NCBI RefSeq assembly: GCF_002505485.1
Contig: NZ_DAVG01000099.1
Location: 7,561 to 71,560 of the forward strand
Source: Methanosarcina sp. UBA5
GTDB taxonomy: Archaea > Halobacteriota > Methanosarcinia > Methanosarcinales > Methanosarcinaceae
Length of the DNA: 64,000 nucleotides
Direction of reading: 5' to 3'
This document shows positions 9,338 to 20,941 of the stretch, in pieces. Position 1 is the stretch's first letter, and each line of letters opens with the position of its first letter. Below the pieces are notes generated by a model that saw only the letters and a list, made by a program, of their open reading frames with translations, did no database searches and was not told the DNA's origin. The position numbers and the translations under genes are program-made.

Positions 9338-12300
9338 ATGAAAAATATTATTATTAAAGGGGCACGGGAACACAACCTGAAAAACATCACTGTGGAGCTC
9401 CCGCGGGACAAATTAATCGTTATTACAGGGGTTTCAGGCTCAGGGAAATCTACCCTGGCTTTTGACACAGTTTATGCCGAAGGGCAGCGGCGCTATGTGG
9501 AGTCACTCTCGGCTTATGCGCGGCAGTTCCTCGGGCTTATGAACAAGCCGGATGTGGACAGCATCGAAGGATTATCTCCGGCAATTTCCATTGAGCAGAA
9601 AACGACCTCAAAAAATCCCCGAAGTACGGTTGGGACAGTCACTGAAATCTATGATTACCTGAGGCTGCTTTTTGCAAGGATCGGCACCCCTTACTGCCCG
9701 ACCCACAATATAAAAATCGAGTCTCAGTCGCCTGAAAGGATTGCGGACAGCCTCAGCAGGGAATGTGAAGGCATGGTTACCATTCTTGCACCTATAGTCA
9801 GGCAGAAGAAAGGGACTTACCAGCACCTTTTCAGGGAACTAAATAGCGAAGGCTTCGCTCGGATGAGGGTAAACGGCGAGATTCACAGAACTGACGATGA
9901 GATTACCCTTGACCGTTACAAAAAGCATGATATCGAAGTCGTTATTGACCGGCTGGACCCCTCCGAAGACCGTTCCAGGCTCGTCGAAGCCTGTGAAAAT
10001 GCTCTCCAGAAAGCAGACGGGCTCTTAATTGCGGTTGATTCGGATGGAAAAGACCATCTATATTCCTCAAACATGGCCTGTCCGGTCTGTGGCATGGCTT
10101 TTGAAGAACTCCAGCCCAGGATGTTTTCCTTCAACAGTCCTTTTGGTGCCTGTGAAGCCTGCAATGGGCTCGGATTTAAGATGGAATTCGACCCTGACCT
10201 GATTATTCCGAATAAAAAGCTCTGCCTTGCAGACGGAGCTGTCGCTCTGTACAGGAACTACCTGGACAGTTACCGGAGCCAGCACCTGGCAGCCGTGGCA
10301 AAACATTTCGGTTTTGATATTTTTACTCCTATTGAGGCTCTCACGTCTGAGCAATATAACGTGCTAATGTATGGCTCGGACGAACTCATGCAGTTCGACA
10401 TGAGCATAAAAAACGGGGATGGTCATTGGTCTCATAAGGGTACTTGGGAAGGGCTAGTTCCGCAGTCTGAGAGGTTATACAGCCAGACAAAATCCGAATA
10501 CCGCCGAAAAGAACTCGAAAAATTCATGCAGGTCAAGCCCTGCCCGAAATGCGAAGGCAAGCGCCTGAAGGAAAAAGTGCTCGCAGTTAAGCTTGGCGGA
10601 AAGTCCATTGTAGACGTAACCAATCTCTCAATTCTGGAATGCATCCGTTTTTTTGAAAACGTGGAGCTCTCGGAAAAGGAAAAGGAGATCGCAAAGCAGG
10701 TCTTAAAGGAAATCCGGTCAAGACTTGGGTTCCTTGAACATGTGGGGCTAGTCTATCTTACCCTTTCCCGAGGTGCAGGTACCCTCTCAGGCGGAGAAGC
10801 CCAGCGAATCAGGCTGGCTACCCAGATTGGCTCAAACCTCATGGGCGTGCTCTATGTGCTCGATGAACCTTCAATAGGGCTGCACCAGAGAGACAACGAA
10901 CGGCTTATCCAGACCCTCCAGACCCTGCGAGACCTGGGAAATACACTAATAGTCGTGGAACATGATGAGGATACTATTCGGGCTGCGGACTATGTACTCG
11001 ATATAGGGCCTGGGGCAGGCGTGCGTGGAGGTTATGTAGTAGCCGAAGGCACACCTGAAGAGATCGAAAAGAACCCGGAATCTCTGACAGGCCAGTATCT
11101 CTCAGGAGAAAAACAGATAAAACCGCCTGCTCTTCGCCGTCGAAGCGAGGCGTTCATAAGACTTAAAGGGTGCAAGGCGAACAACCTGAAGGATATAGAC
11201 GTAAATATTCCAATAGGGGTCCTGACCGTAGTTACAGGCGTTTCAGGTTCCGGAAAATCCACGCTTATTTACGATACCCTGTACAAAGCCCTGACGAAGA
11301 AAATAAATAAATCAAGTGTAACGCCAGGGGACTATAACGAGCTGGTTTTCGATTCCGAGATCGACAAGGTAATCGTTATTGACCAGAGCCCTATCGGCAG
11401 AACGCCTCGCTCGAACCCTGCCACCTATACCAAGGTCTTTGATGCCATAAGGCAGGCTTTCGCCGAAACCAAGGAAGCCAAAATTCGGGGCTATAAGAAC
11501 GGGCGTTTCTCTTTCAACGTAAAAGGAGGGCGCTGTGAAGCCTGCCAGGGAGACGGACTGATCAAAATTGAAATGAATTTCCTGCCTGATGTTTACATTG
11601 AATGTGAGGAATGCAAGGGTACACGCTACAACCGGGAAACCCTCGAAGTAAAATACAGGGGCAAGTCGATTGCAGAAGTCCTGAATATGACAGTAGAAGA
11701 GGCTGCCGAACATTTCGAGAACATTCCTGCAATCAAAAACAAACTCGATACTCTAGTAAGAGTCGGGCTGGGCTATATCAAACTCGGCCAGAGCTCAACA
11801 ACGCTTTCCGGCGGGGAAGCACAGAGGATCAAGCTGACAAGAGAACTCTCCAAAAAATGTACAGGAAAGACGATTTATCTCCTTGATGAACCCACAACCG
11901 GTCTTCACTTCCATGACGTCAAAAAACTCCTCTCAGTTCTCAACAGGCTTGTGGCAAAAGGAAACACAGTGATTGTAATAGAGCATAATCTGGATGTGAT
12001 CAAATCAGCAGATTATATCATCGACCTTGGTCCCGAAGGCGGGGACGCAGGCGGAGAAATTATTGCTGAAGGAACTCCAGAGGAAATGTCCACGGTTCAG
12101 GGAAGCCATACTGCACGCTTCCTTGCTCCCAAACTTTCACAGTCATATCTCGATATGTCGGGAGAAGGTTCTTTTGAGGCTGTTTTCGAAGAAGGGGAAG
12201 ATTTTGAGGCCGATTATGAAGGTCTTGATGACGATCGAAATGATGATTCCGAAGACTTTGAAGACGATTCGGAGGAAGACTCCGAAGACTCCAGAGGTTT

Positions 12301-12352
12301 CAAGCACAATAAACACAGGGCCGATAAAACGTTTGAAGAGCAGTTGATTTAA
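9338..12352 (+). CDS. uvrA: excinuclease ABC subunit A, with about 70-aa acidic C-terminal extension
   Basis: Two ABC modules (GVSGSGKST twice, LSGGEAQR twice) and zinc-finger Cys pairs, 1004 aa. Confidence 0.97.
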   Translation: MKNIIIKGAREHNLKNITVELPRDKLIVITGVSGSGKSTLAFDTVYAEGQRRYVESLSAYARQFLGLMNKPDVDSIEGLSPAISIEQKTTSKNPRSTVGTVTEIYDYLRLLFARIGTPYCPTHNIKIESQSPERIADSLSRECEGMVTILAPIVRQKKGTYQHLFRELNSEGFARMRVNGEIHRTDDEITLDRYKKHDIEVVIDRLDPSEDRSRLVEACENALQKADGLLIAVDSDGKDHLYSSNMACPVCGMAFEELQPRMFSFNSPFGACEACNGLGFKMEFDPDLIIPNKKLCLADGAVALYRNYLDSYRSQHLAAVAKHFGFDIFTPIEALTSEQYNVLMYGSDELMQFDMSIKNGDGHWSHKGTWEGLVPQSERLYSQTKSEYRRKELEKFMQVKPCPKCEGKRLKEKVLAVKLGGKSIVDVTNLSILECIRFFENVELSEKEKEIAKQVLKEIRSRLGFLEHVGLVYLTLSRGAGTLSGGEAQRIRLATQIGSNLMGVLYVLDEPSIGLHQRDNERLIQTLQTLRDLGNTLIVVEHDEDTIRAADYVLDIGPGAGVRGGYVVAEGTPEEIEKNPESLTGQYLSGEKQIKPPALRRRSEAFIRLKGCKANNLKDIDVNIPIGVLTVVTGVSGSGKSTLIYDTLYKALTKKINKSSVTPGDYNELVFDSEIDKVIVIDQSPIGRTPRSNPATYTKVFDAIRQAFAETKEAKIRGYKNGRFSFNVKGGRCEACQGDGLIKIEMNFLPDVYIECEECKGTRYNRETLEVKYRGKSIAEVLNMTVEEAAEHFENIPAIKNKLDTLVRVGLGYIKLGQSSTTLSGGEAQRIKLTRELSKKCTGKTIYLLDEPTTGLHFHDVKKLLSVLNRLVAKGNTVIVIEHNLDVIKSADYIIDLGPEGGDAGGEIIAEGTPEEMSTVQGSHTARFLAPKLSQSYLDMSGEGSFEAVFEEGEDFEADYEGLDDDRNDDSEDFEDDSEEDSEDSRGFKHNKHRADKTFEEQLI

Positions 12353-12432
12353 ACTGGCGCAGTTGATTTTGGTAATTTAAGCTGATTTAAGCTCCCTTTA
12401 AAGATTTAAAAACTTGAATAAGAGGTTTAAAA

Positions 12433-13992
12433 ATGATTGACCTGGAGGCTCTTCCTCACCTGCCTGGCTGTTATCTTTTCAAGAACGAAGAAGGGATTGT
12501 GATTTACGTAGGCAAGGCAAAAGACCTTAAAAAACGGGTGAGCAGCTATTTCCAGAAACGAGACCATGACCCAAAAACCACGAGCCTTATAGAAGCTGTA
12601 AGGGGCCTTGATTTTATTGTCACGAGCACGGAAGTAGAGGCTTTCCTTCTAGAAAATACCCTTATCAAGAAACACTGGCCAAGGTACAATATTCTTCTAA
12701 AGGACTCAAAGCGGTATGCTTGCATTCATTTAACCGATGAAAAGTTTCCAAGGATCAGGCTTTCTAGGAAAAGGACAGACAACGGAAGCTTTTTCGGTCC
12801 CTTTGTCTCGGCAAAGGAAAGAGATTACATTTTTGAGGTTGTAAGAAAGACCTTCCAGCTCCGGACCTGCAAACAGATGCCAAAACGGGCCTGCCTCCGA
12901 TACCATATAGCGGCATGCAGCGGGCCCTGTATAGGCGCAATTTCCACGGAAGACTATGCCGAGAAAGTGAAGAAAGCTGCTTCTGTCCTTAAAGGCAATA
13001 TCAAAGAGCTTATCGAGTCAATGGAAAAAGAAATGAGGGAGCTGGCATCTCGGCAACAATTCGAGCAGGCCATGGCTCTGCGGGATGAGATTGCAGCTCT
13101 TGAGTACCTTCAGGAAAAGCAAAATATGGAGAGGCAAAAAAAGCATAACGAGGACATTTTGAACTATATTATCAGGGATGATACCGTTTATCTCATGCTT
13201 TTCAAGGTCTACAAAGGTACGCTTGAGGACAAACAGGACTTTGTCTTTGCCTTCGGGGAAAATTTCCTGGAAGAATTTCTTGTACAGTATTATTCCGAGA
13301 ATGAACCACCTGAAGAGCTGATCCTTCCCGAATCTCTTGAAGAGTCGTTTATTGATTTCCTCTCCCATGTCAAGGGAACAAAAGTAAAAGTTACAGTTCC
13401 GAAACAAGGAGAGAAAAAGGAACTTCTTGACCTTGCCCTGAAAAATGTTGAGATTGGCTTCTTCGGAGACCGGAAAAAGCTCGAAGCCCTGCAAAGTAAA
13501 CTCTCCCTTTCTAAACTTCCGAATGTTATAGAATGTTTCGATATATCTCACCTCTCAGGCACTGCTACGGTCGGCTCAATGGTGCAGTTCCGGGGAGGCA
13601 GGCCAGATAAACACAATTACCGCCGCTTTAAGATCGAGAGTGTTGAGGGAATTGACGATTTCGCTTCCATTGCCGAGGTTGTACGCAGGCGCTATTCCCG
13701 TTTGCTTGAGGATAAACACGATCTGCCTGACCTTATTATTATAGATGGGGGGAAAGGACAGCTCTCTTCAGCTTTTCAGGAGCTCAGAAAGCTTAAAATC
13801 AGGGTTCCTCTTATCTCGATAGCCAAACGGGAAGAAGAAATCTATGTGCCCGGAATCAAGTCTCCGCTTCCCATTAAAAAAGACGAGAAAGCCTCGCTCT
13901 TTGTCCAGGAAATCCGGGACGAGGCCCACAGGTTTGCAATTACCTACAACCGCCTGCTGAGGCAAAAATCATTGATTCCTAAAAATCAGTGA
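12433..13992 (+). CDS. uvrC: excinuclease ABC subunit C (short form lacking a recognisable C-terminal (HhH)2)
   Basis: GIY-YIG domain (GCYLFKNEEGIVIYVGKAKDLKKR), UVR motif (QQFEQAMALRDEIAALE) and RNase H-like endonuclease domain (IECFDISH...IIIDGGKGQL). The protein ends 15 aa after DEAHRFAITYNR. Confidence 0.93.
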   Translation: MIDLEALPHLPGCYLFKNEEGIVIYVGKAKDLKKRVSSYFQKRDHDPKTTSLIEAVRGLDFIVTSTEVEAFLLENTLIKKHWPRYNILLKDSKRYACIHLTDEKFPRIRLSRKRTDNGSFFGPFVSAKERDYIFEVVRKTFQLRTCKQMPKRACLRYHIAACSGPCIGAISTEDYAEKVKKAASVLKGNIKELIESMEKEMRELASRQQFEQAMALRDEIAALEYLQEKQNMERQKKHNEDILNYIIRDDTVYLMLFKVYKGTLEDKQDFVFAFGENFLEEFLVQYYSENEPPEELILPESLEESFIDFLSHVKGTKVKVTVPKQGEKKELLDLALKNVEIGFFGDRKKLEALQSKLSLSKLPNVIECFDISHLSGTATVGSMVQFRGGRPDKHNYRRFKIESVEGIDDFASIAEVVRRRYSRLLEDKHDLPDLIIIDGGKGQLSSAFQELRKLKIRVPLISIAKREEEIYVPGIKSPLPIKKDEKASLFVQEIRDEAHRFAITYNRLLRQKSLIPKNQ

Positions 13993-14091
13993 GTTCTTGA
14001 AAATTAAAAAGAATCTATCCCTTAATTGCCAACATGATTTATATATTTAAAATTTGATAATTACTATCTAATATTATAAGGTCTTGATTTT

Positions 14092-16104
14092 ATGAATCCT
14101 TCTGACCAAACGTCCCAGACGTCCTCTCAAAAATTCTCCGAAACAATACGAGATGCCCGATATTGGGACAGCCCGCAGTTTAAGCTGGTTTCCGATTTTG
14201 AACCCAAGGGTTCCCAGCCACAGGCAATCGAAAAACTTGTGGAGGGGCTGAAAAAAGGAAAGCAGTACCAGACCTTGCTTGGAGTAACAGGGTCAGGGAA
14301 GACATATACTGTTGCAAATGTTATAAATCAGGTCAGGAAACCGACCCTTGTTATTGCTCATAATAAAACCCTTGCCGCCCAGCTTTATAACGAATTCAAG
14401 GAGTTCTTCCCTGAAAACAGGGTAGAGTATTTTGTTTCCTATTACGACTACTATCAGCCTGAGTCCTATCTTCCTGCCAAGGACCAGTATATTGAAAAAG
14501 ATGCCCAGATTAACCCGAAAATCGAGCAAATGAGGCTTGCTGCCACTGCTTCCCTGATGTCGCGCCAGGACGTTATTGTAGTGGCATCCGTATCCTGTAT
14601 CTACGGGCTTGGCAATCCTGAAAATTTCCAGAAAATGGGATTTGAATTAAAAGTAGGAGATAAGGTTAAAAGAAAAGAAATCCTGCAAAAGCTCGTCGAG
14701 ATCCTGTTCGAGCGAAATGATCTTGAGCTTATGCCAGGGCGCTTCAGGGTAAAAGGGGATACCATTGACATTATTCCCGGGTATTTTGACAATATTATCC
14801 GGATTGAGCTCTTCGGAGACGAAGTAGACAGGATTTCTGAGGTGGATAAGCAAACTGGACAGAAGACAGAAGACATGGATTACTTTTTTGTTTATCCTGC
14901 CAGGCACTATGTAATTCCTGAGGATGAGCAGAAAAGTGCAATTCAGTCCATTCTCGAAGAGCTCGAAGAACACCTTCCTGAACTTGGGCTGCTCGAATCT
15001 CACAGGTTAAAGCAGCGCACGCTTTATGATATGGAAATGATTCAGGAAACCGGCAGTTGCAAGGGCATTGAAAACTATTCGCGGCACTTTGACCATCGCA
15101 AGTCGGGAGAGAAACCTTTCTGCTTGCTTGACTATTTCCCTGAGGATTTCCTGCTGGTTATTGATGAAAGCCACCAGACCATCCCGCAGCTTCATGGCAT
15201 GTACAATGGAGATCGCTCAAGGAAGAGGAGCCTTGTCGATTACGGGTTCAGGCTTCCCAGTGCCTACGATAACAGGCCTCTGAAGTTCGATGAGTTCGAG
15301 AAGTATATGAAAAATGTGATTTTTGTCTCGGCAACTCCTGCAGATTACGAAAGGGAGCACTCAGCCCAGATCGTGGAACAAATTATCCGCCCCACAGGGC
15401 TTGTTGACCCTGAAGTGGAAATTCGTCCTCTTGAAGGACAGGTCAGGGATGTTATGCAGGAAATTCAGAAAATTGTGGAAAGGGGAGATCGTGCCCTTGT
15501 GACCACTCTGACAAAAAAGCTTGCAGAAGAACTTACCGAATACCTTGCCAGGAATGAAATCAAAGCCCGTTACCTGCACTCGGACATTAAAACCATAGAA
15601 CGGACTGAGATTATTCGCGAACTGCGCCTTGGCAAGTTCGATGTCCTGGTCGGGATCAACCTGCTCAGGGAAGGGCTTGATATTCCGGAAGTGGGCTTTA
15701 TCGGCATCCTGGATGCGGATAAGGAAGGCTTTCTGAGGGATTCAAAGAGCCTGATCCAGATAATAGGTCGCGCAGCCCGGAACGCCAGCTCGAAGGTTGT
15801 CCTGTATGCCGACAACATGACCGATTCCATCAAAAAAGCCGTTAATGAGACCGAACGCCGTCGCTCCATGCAGATTGCCTATAATAAGGAACACGGCATC
15901 GTCCCGACAACTATCAGGAAACCCATCAGGGAAAAGGTCGTGGATATCACCGACACCAAACACATCCCGAAAACAGATATTCCCAATATGATTATCGAAT
16001 TGGAAACCGAAATGAAGGAAGCTGCTGATCGGCTGGACTTCGAGCGGGCAATCCAGGTAAGGGAAATGATAAAGAAGCTGGAGAAAGAGATCAAAGTAGC
16101 TTGA
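14092..16104 (+). CDS. uvrB: excinuclease ABC subunit B
   Basis: Helicase motifs (GVTGSGKT, DESH), a beta-hairpin region and a C-terminal UVR motif (LDFERAIQVREMIKKLE). Confidence 0.97.
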   Translation: MNPSDQTSQTSSQKFSETIRDARYWDSPQFKLVSDFEPKGSQPQAIEKLVEGLKKGKQYQTLLGVTGSGKTYTVANVINQVRKPTLVIAHNKTLAAQLYNEFKEFFPENRVEYFVSYYDYYQPESYLPAKDQYIEKDAQINPKIEQMRLAATASLMSRQDVIVVASVSCIYGLGNPENFQKMGFELKVGDKVKRKEILQKLVEILFERNDLELMPGRFRVKGDTIDIIPGYFDNIIRIELFGDEVDRISEVDKQTGQKTEDMDYFFVYPARHYVIPEDEQKSAIQSILEELEEHLPELGLLESHRLKQRTLYDMEMIQETGSCKGIENYSRHFDHRKSGEKPFCLLDYFPEDFLLVIDESHQTIPQLHGMYNGDRSRKRSLVDYGFRLPSAYDNRPLKFDEFEKYMKNVIFVSATPADYEREHSAQIVEQIIRPTGLVDPEVEIRPLEGQVRDVMQEIQKIVERGDRALVTTLTKKLAEELTEYLARNEIKARYLHSDIKTIERTEIIRELRLGKFDVLVGINLLREGLDIPEVGFIGILDADKEGFLRDSKSLIQIIGRAARNASSKVVLYADNMTDSIKKAVNETERRRSMQIAYNKEHGIVPTTIRKPIREKVVDITDTKHIPKTDIPNMIIELETEMKEAADRLDFERAIQVREMIKKLEKEIKVA

Positions 16105-16305
16105 GAGAAAAGTGACTTAAGGGAAAAATATCCTGAGAGGAAAGTAGCCTAAGAAGTAAATGGCCGAAGAGGTAAATAGTCAGAGAGAAAAAAGTAACCT
16201 GAAATGATGAGGAAACTTTTTATTCGTGAATATTTTTCCTCAATCAGTCATTTTCATATACTTCAAAAATCTACACATTGTAAAATGTGTTAGGTCACTC
16301 TAAAA

Positions 16306-16380
16306 AAGAATTATTTTTGAGGTTTATTCAGCTTTATTTACAAGATTAAATATAGTGTTAATGGTTTCTCGGTATAGATA
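16306..16380 (+). repeat. partial third copy of the intergenic element found at 34347-34588
   Basis: Shares gctttatttRc...aattaaatatagt with both units at 34.4 kb. Confidence 0.5.
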
Positions 16381-16418
16381 GGCCCTAATAAGGTCAGATT
16401 ACTGCCAGAAGACTGATC

Positions 16419-17765
16419 TTATTGTTTTGTAGGCTGGGAGAGTTCCTGAGAGTCTTCAAGAAGCACGAGTTCCTGCTTAGACTGTGAATCTACTGCCTGC
16501 GGAGATAATGTATTTTCCTTTTTTACGATAAACCTGAAATAACCAAGCCCAATCAGAAATACCGGATATATGACCTTCCAGGTAAATCCTGACGCCAGAA
16601 AGCTCAAAGACATAAGTGAAAGAACCGAAAAGGTCCATTTCTGCCAGCCTGTTTCTGTTTTCCAGTAAGCAATTATGATGAAGCCGCAGAGGAAAATAAA
16701 GTTCTGGTTTACGAGCAGCATCATAGCCGTAATGGGAACTTTGAAAAGATAGCAAACCGTAATCAGGGAAACTGACAGTGCATATAGAGTCACAAGACTG
16801 GATATTGGAATATTCCTTTTTGAGAGCTTTCCGAACACTGCGGGGAAAACACCTGTCCTGCCAGCTGCATAGATTAAACGGCTTGCAGTAAAGTTCCAGG
16901 AGCAGGCGTTTGCTGCAAGCACTACTATTATAAGCCATATCAGAAAATTTCCGCCTGGAGTAAAAAGGACAAGGCTGGATAGACCGGCAGCCCCTTTAAG
17001 GGAAACTCCTGTAACACTGGCTCCTACACTTATCAGGGCAAGTAAAACATAGATTGCAGCGACCAGAACGAAACTCAGCCAGTATAGGCGGGGAACGTTT
17101 TTTTCTGGGTCCTTCATCTCTCCAAGGGAAAAAGAAAGGTTTTCCCAGCCCAGGAAAGCCCAGAAAAGCAAGGCTGTAACATTCCACACTGTATTTGGGT
17201 TTACGTTTCCATGACCGCTCAGAGCTTCTCCAGCAATTCTCAGCCCGGAACCGAGAAAATCGAGGTTAAAGATAATAATCAGTCCTATAAGCAGAAAAAG
17301 TACAGTCAGTGCCAGATAGTTGATCAAAGTGATAGCTCTTATCCCAAATAGGTTTGAAATAAACATCAAGCTTACAAGAAGGATTGCACAAAAGGTTCCT
17401 CCCAATTCGGAGAGATTAAAAAGCTGTCGCATATATTCACTGCCAATAAAAGCAACGGCAGGAAGCCCAAAAAGGTAAGAACCGCTTACAAGATAAGAGA
17501 CCGAATATCTGCCCCCGGGTCCGACTGCTTTTTCTGCATAGCCGGCAAGCCCGGATGCCGAAGGGAATCTCAGGCCAAGCCTGGAGCAAATCTGGACCCT
17601 CGGAATGGTAACGAAGGTTATAAGGAGCCATCCAAGGATTGCTTCATGGACATTCCCCATGCTGAGAGCCAGGCCGGGCAGTGCGAGGATTCCTGTGCCT
17701 ATGAGCATGCAGATTGCAAGCCCTATTCCTTTCTTTAAAGTAATTGTTTTTTCAAGATCGGTCAT
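16419..17765 (-). CDS. APC-superfamily amino acid permease
   Basis: 448 aa with about 12 predicted TM segments. The N-terminal sequence is typical of amino acid/polyamine transporters. Confidence 0.8.
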   Translation of the reverse strand: MTDLEKTITLKKGIGLAICMLIGTGILALPGLALSMGNVHEAILGWLLITFVTIPRVQICSRLGLRFPSASGLAGYAEKAVGPGGRYSVSYLVSGSYLFGLPAVAFIGSEYMRQLFNLSELGGTFCAILLVSLMFISNLFGIRAITLINYLALTVLFLLIGLIIIFNLDFLGSGLRIAGEALSGHGNVNPNTVWNVTALLFWAFLGWENLSFSLGEMKDPEKNVPRLYWLSFVLVAAIYVLLALISVGASVTGVSLKGAAGLSSLVLFTPGGNFLIWLIIVVLAANACSWNFTASRLIYAAGRTGVFPAVFGKLSKRNIPISSLVTLYALSVSLITVCYLFKVPITAMMLLVNQNFIFLCGFIIIAYWKTETGWQKWTFSVLSLMSLSFLASGFTWKVIYPVFLIGLGYFRFIVKKENTLSPQAVDSQSKQELVLLEDSQELSQPTKQ

Positions 17766-18212
17766 TTTATCGTTAAGCCTATTTTATCCTAAAGTCAACT
17801 TAAGGGTAGTATGCTTACTTATATATAAGCAAGTGAGGGTCCTAGAAAAATCAATCTTTCCATCCAATAACCACACACGTATCCGTTAATAACCTAGTTG
17901 AATAGTACTTACTATATAAAATGGTTCATCGATTTATCGAATGAGAAGACACACCAGGGTTTACAAAAAAGGAATGGAAAAATTGATAAATACAGATCCT
18001 CGTCCCTGAACAGGCAAAAATAAGGTTTTTTCTTAAGCTTTATGTTCATCATTACCTCTTTGATGTAGAGGCTCGTTTTGTCCTGTTTTTACGGTTTTAT
18101 GACTAATTACAACCTTATGATAAATTATTTTAACAAATGTTGAAGTAGGTAATATAAAAAACTCAATAACAAAATTATCTAAGAGAATACTATTAATGAT
18201 TAAAATGCATTT

Positions 18213-18553
18213 TTAGATTTCATTGAATTCGATACTGATGCTACCTGCTTTTTTTACCAGGGATTTTGCAAGGAAACCGCTCTCCATTCTGCATAGGTTA
18301 AGTACTGCACAGGGTACAAGACAATTTGAAGAACAATCTGCTTCATGTGCCCTGTCAATAACATAATTGTTTTTGATATCCAGAATTTTTATCATGGGAC
18401 TTCCATGTGAGAAATTTTCTTTACCTTTGCACATGGGGTTTCGATGTCGACAATAATTTTATTTCCTTTTTTGCTTCCACGTATTTTGTGAACAAAACCA
18501 CAGAGATTCGAATTTACAGTAAATTCAGTCAACCTGTCACCTTCTTTATTCAT
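18213..18553 (-). pseudogene. small Cys-containing protein, frameshifted (family not named with confidence)
   Basis: The ATG at 18553 opens MNKEGDRLTEFTVNSNLCGFVHKIRG...TPCAKVKKISHMEVP*, which stops at 18392. The rest (ILDIKNNYVIDRAHEADCSSNCLVPCAVL...ISIEFNEI) continues in another frame as ORF 18213-18434. Confidence 0.5.
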
Positions 18554-18566
18554 TATTATCACAATT

Positions 18567-18588
18567 ACTTACTTGCATATAAGTAAAT
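18567..18588. promoter_or_regulatory. imperfect palindrome acttacttg-N4-taagtaaat (operator-like)
   Basis: 7/9 arm match. Shares the 12-mer tacttacttgca with the perfect copy at 18761-18772. Confidence 0.4.
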
Positions 18589-18593
18589 ATCAG

Positions 18594-18631
<38 letters not shown>

Positions 18632-18761
18632 AAAATTCAGTTTTCCAAAGAATATTCAAATTGAGAGGAAAATAGACAAAGGTAAAATTAATAGTCCAAA
18701 GACAATAAATTATTAAGTAATTAATCACAAGCGTCAATTTTATCTCTTAACGTTAAAAAAT

Positions 18762-18783
18762 ACTTACTTGCACACAAGTAAGT
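18762..18783. promoter_or_regulatory. perfect palindrome acttacttg-caca-caagtaagt (operator-like)
   Basis: 9-bp arms with a 4-nt spacer, in a divergent intergenic region. Confidence 0.5.
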
Positions 18784-18816
18784 TTCGTTTAAAATATAAA
18801 ATAATCAGAAACTCTA

Positions 18817-19607
18817 GTCATTGAAGTCGGGGAGCCTGAAGTTGAATGGTTTCCTATCTTTGCCAAGGTGCGCAGAATCCAGAGGATAACTCCGAAAGAA
18901 ATTAGGAAGAACATGGAGTTTAGGATAAGCGATTTCGGAATGTTTACGGATAAACACAAGCTGGAGCTTGAGGACTTGTAGGGTTCGGAGCATCAGAAGT
19001 TATGCTTACAGGCCTGAGTCGGGGTTTGCTTGATACAACCGTAACCGCCTGCGAAGGCGCAGGAACTGTAATTTCCAATAACTCAATCCTTGTTCAGGGC
19101 ATGGGCAGCAGGATGTCCGGACTTGTCGAAACCGAGCCGATTAACGGAATTATCAACGGGATTCAGGAACGCGGCGGGATCGTGCTTGACTCATCAACTG
19201 CAAAAATAGACCCGGTTGCAGGAGTTCGGAAGGCAGCAGAACTCGGTTACAAAAAAATTTCAGTAACCGTGGCTTTCGCTGAAACCGCAAAAGAATTAGG
19301 GAAACTTGAAGCCGAACTCGAGCTTGATTTAATATTAATTGGCGTACATGTTACAGGTTTAAACAAAGAGGAAGCCCAGACCCTGATTGAAAACGCTGAT
19401 ATTACAACCAGCTGCGCTTCAAAGTACATGAGAGATCTTGTAAAGTCTCTTGCCCAGGTAGGAGCTGCAGTTCTGCTTTTTGCCTTTACCCAGAAAGGAA
19501 AAGAACTTATGATTGAAAGGGCAAAGGATGTCAAAAGTCCACTTCTGATCAATACCATGCCTTTGCCTACATTGCCTGAAAACAAACAGCCAACAGAATT
19601 AAAGTAA
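18817..19607 (+). pseudogene. DUF2099 (methanogenesis-marker-8-like) paralogue, N-terminally truncated and frameshifted
   Basis: VIEVGEPEVEWFPIFAKVRRIQRITPKEIRKNMEF...KLELEDL* aligns to residues about 20-85 of the intact downstream paralogue. The frame then shifts near 18970-18978 to ...GFGASEVMLTGLSRGLLDTTVTACEGAGTV (ORF 19002-19607). No start codon; an in-frame TAA lies 5 codons upstream. Confidence 0.75.
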
Positions 19608-19924
19608 AACGAAAATTGAAGTAAAACGAATGAAAACGGTATAGACATCGTTATTACTTTTTTTACTTTACCTTTTTTAACCCTGTTCTTTAGCTTTTTA
19701 TTTAATGCTTCACTTTTCTTTCTTCTTTCGCTCTCTGTTCTTCTTTCTTATCTTCCTCCTTCTCTCCCAATACTCCATTTCATTAACAGATTTAAGATTT
19801 CAGCCTGAGCAAAAGTAAGATCAGGTCGTTTGTACGGTAGAATCACCATAGAAAGTTAGAATAATTAAGGCAAGAATCAGAATATCAAGTAATATTATTT
19901 TTGATTCCGGAAGGTGTGTTTCTA

Positions 19925-20776
19925 ATGCCTCACATAATGGAAATGATGGGTAAAGCCAGGGTAGTCGTAAAAGACGGAAAAGTGATAGAAGTCGGAGCTC
20001 CTGTAGTCGAATGGTGCCCACTTTTTGTCAAACTGCGGGGAGTCCAGAAGATGACTCCGGAAGAAATCCGGAAAAATATGGAGTCCCAGATCCGCGAGTT
20101 AGGAATGTTTACAGAGAATCGTAAGCTCGAATTTGAAACAACCGTTGTTGCCTTTGGTGCTTCAGAAATAATGATGAGCGGCCTCAATAGCGGCTTTATA
20201 GAAACAACTGTAACCGCCTGCGACGGTGCAGGGACTGTTATATCAGGCAATCCGGCTCTGGTTCAGGGAATTGGAGGTAGGATGTCCGGCCTAGTTGAAA
20301 CCGAACCAATAGATGCAGTTATTAAGGGAATTGAAGAGCGTGGAGGAACTGTGCTTGATCCCTCAACCGCAGCCATTGATCCGGCAAGTGGGGTAAGGAA
20401 AGCCGCCAAACTTGGCTACAGAAAGATCGCGGTAACCGTAGCCGACCTGAAAACCGCAAAAAACCTGAGAAAGCTTGAAATCGAACTCAGGCTTGACCTG
20501 ATAATAGTTGCCGTACATGTTACGGGAGTAAGCAAGGAAGAAGCTCAGGGGATTCTTGAAAACTCGGATATCGTAATCAGCTGTGCCTCCAGACACATAA
20601 GGGAACTTGCAAAGCCTCTAATGCAGGTAGCGGCCGCAATTCCGCTTTTTGCCCTTACCCAGAAAGGAAAAGAACTTGTGATTGAAAGGGCAAAGGACAT
20701 TCAGAGCCCAATTCTAATCAATACAACGAAGCTGCCTGTGCTCCCTGCACATAAACAGCCGAAAAATCTTGTTTAA
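19925..20776 (+). CDS. DUF2099 family protein (methanogenesis-marker-8-like)
   Basis: MPHIMEMMGKARVVVKDGKVIEVGAPVVEWCPLF...TTVTACDGAGTV...GRMSGLVETEP. ATG 19925 is preferred to the TTG at 19901. Confidence 0.75.
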   Translation: MPHIMEMMGKARVVVKDGKVIEVGAPVVEWCPLFVKLRGVQKMTPEEIRKNMESQIRELGMFTENRKLEFETTVVAFGASEIMMSGLNSGFIETTVTACDGAGTVISGNPALVQGIGGRMSGLVETEPIDAVIKGIEERGGTVLDPSTAAIDPASGVRKAAKLGYRKIAVTVADLKTAKNLRKLEIELRLDLIIVAVHVTGVSKEEAQGILENSDIVISCASRHIRELAKPLMQVAAAIPLFALTQKGKELVIERAKDIQSPILINTTKLPVLPAHKQPKNLV

Positions 20777-20941
20777 AGAAAGTAATTCAGGCAATAGTTT
20801 ATCTACTTTTTTATACTTGTTATGTAATATTCTTTTTAAATTTTATAATATATAAAAGGCTTTAAAATTCTATTGTGCTCCATATTTTCCGGGTGTAGAT
20901 TGAAGTGATAAACTACTACCTGAGGAACTGGTTTATGTTGA

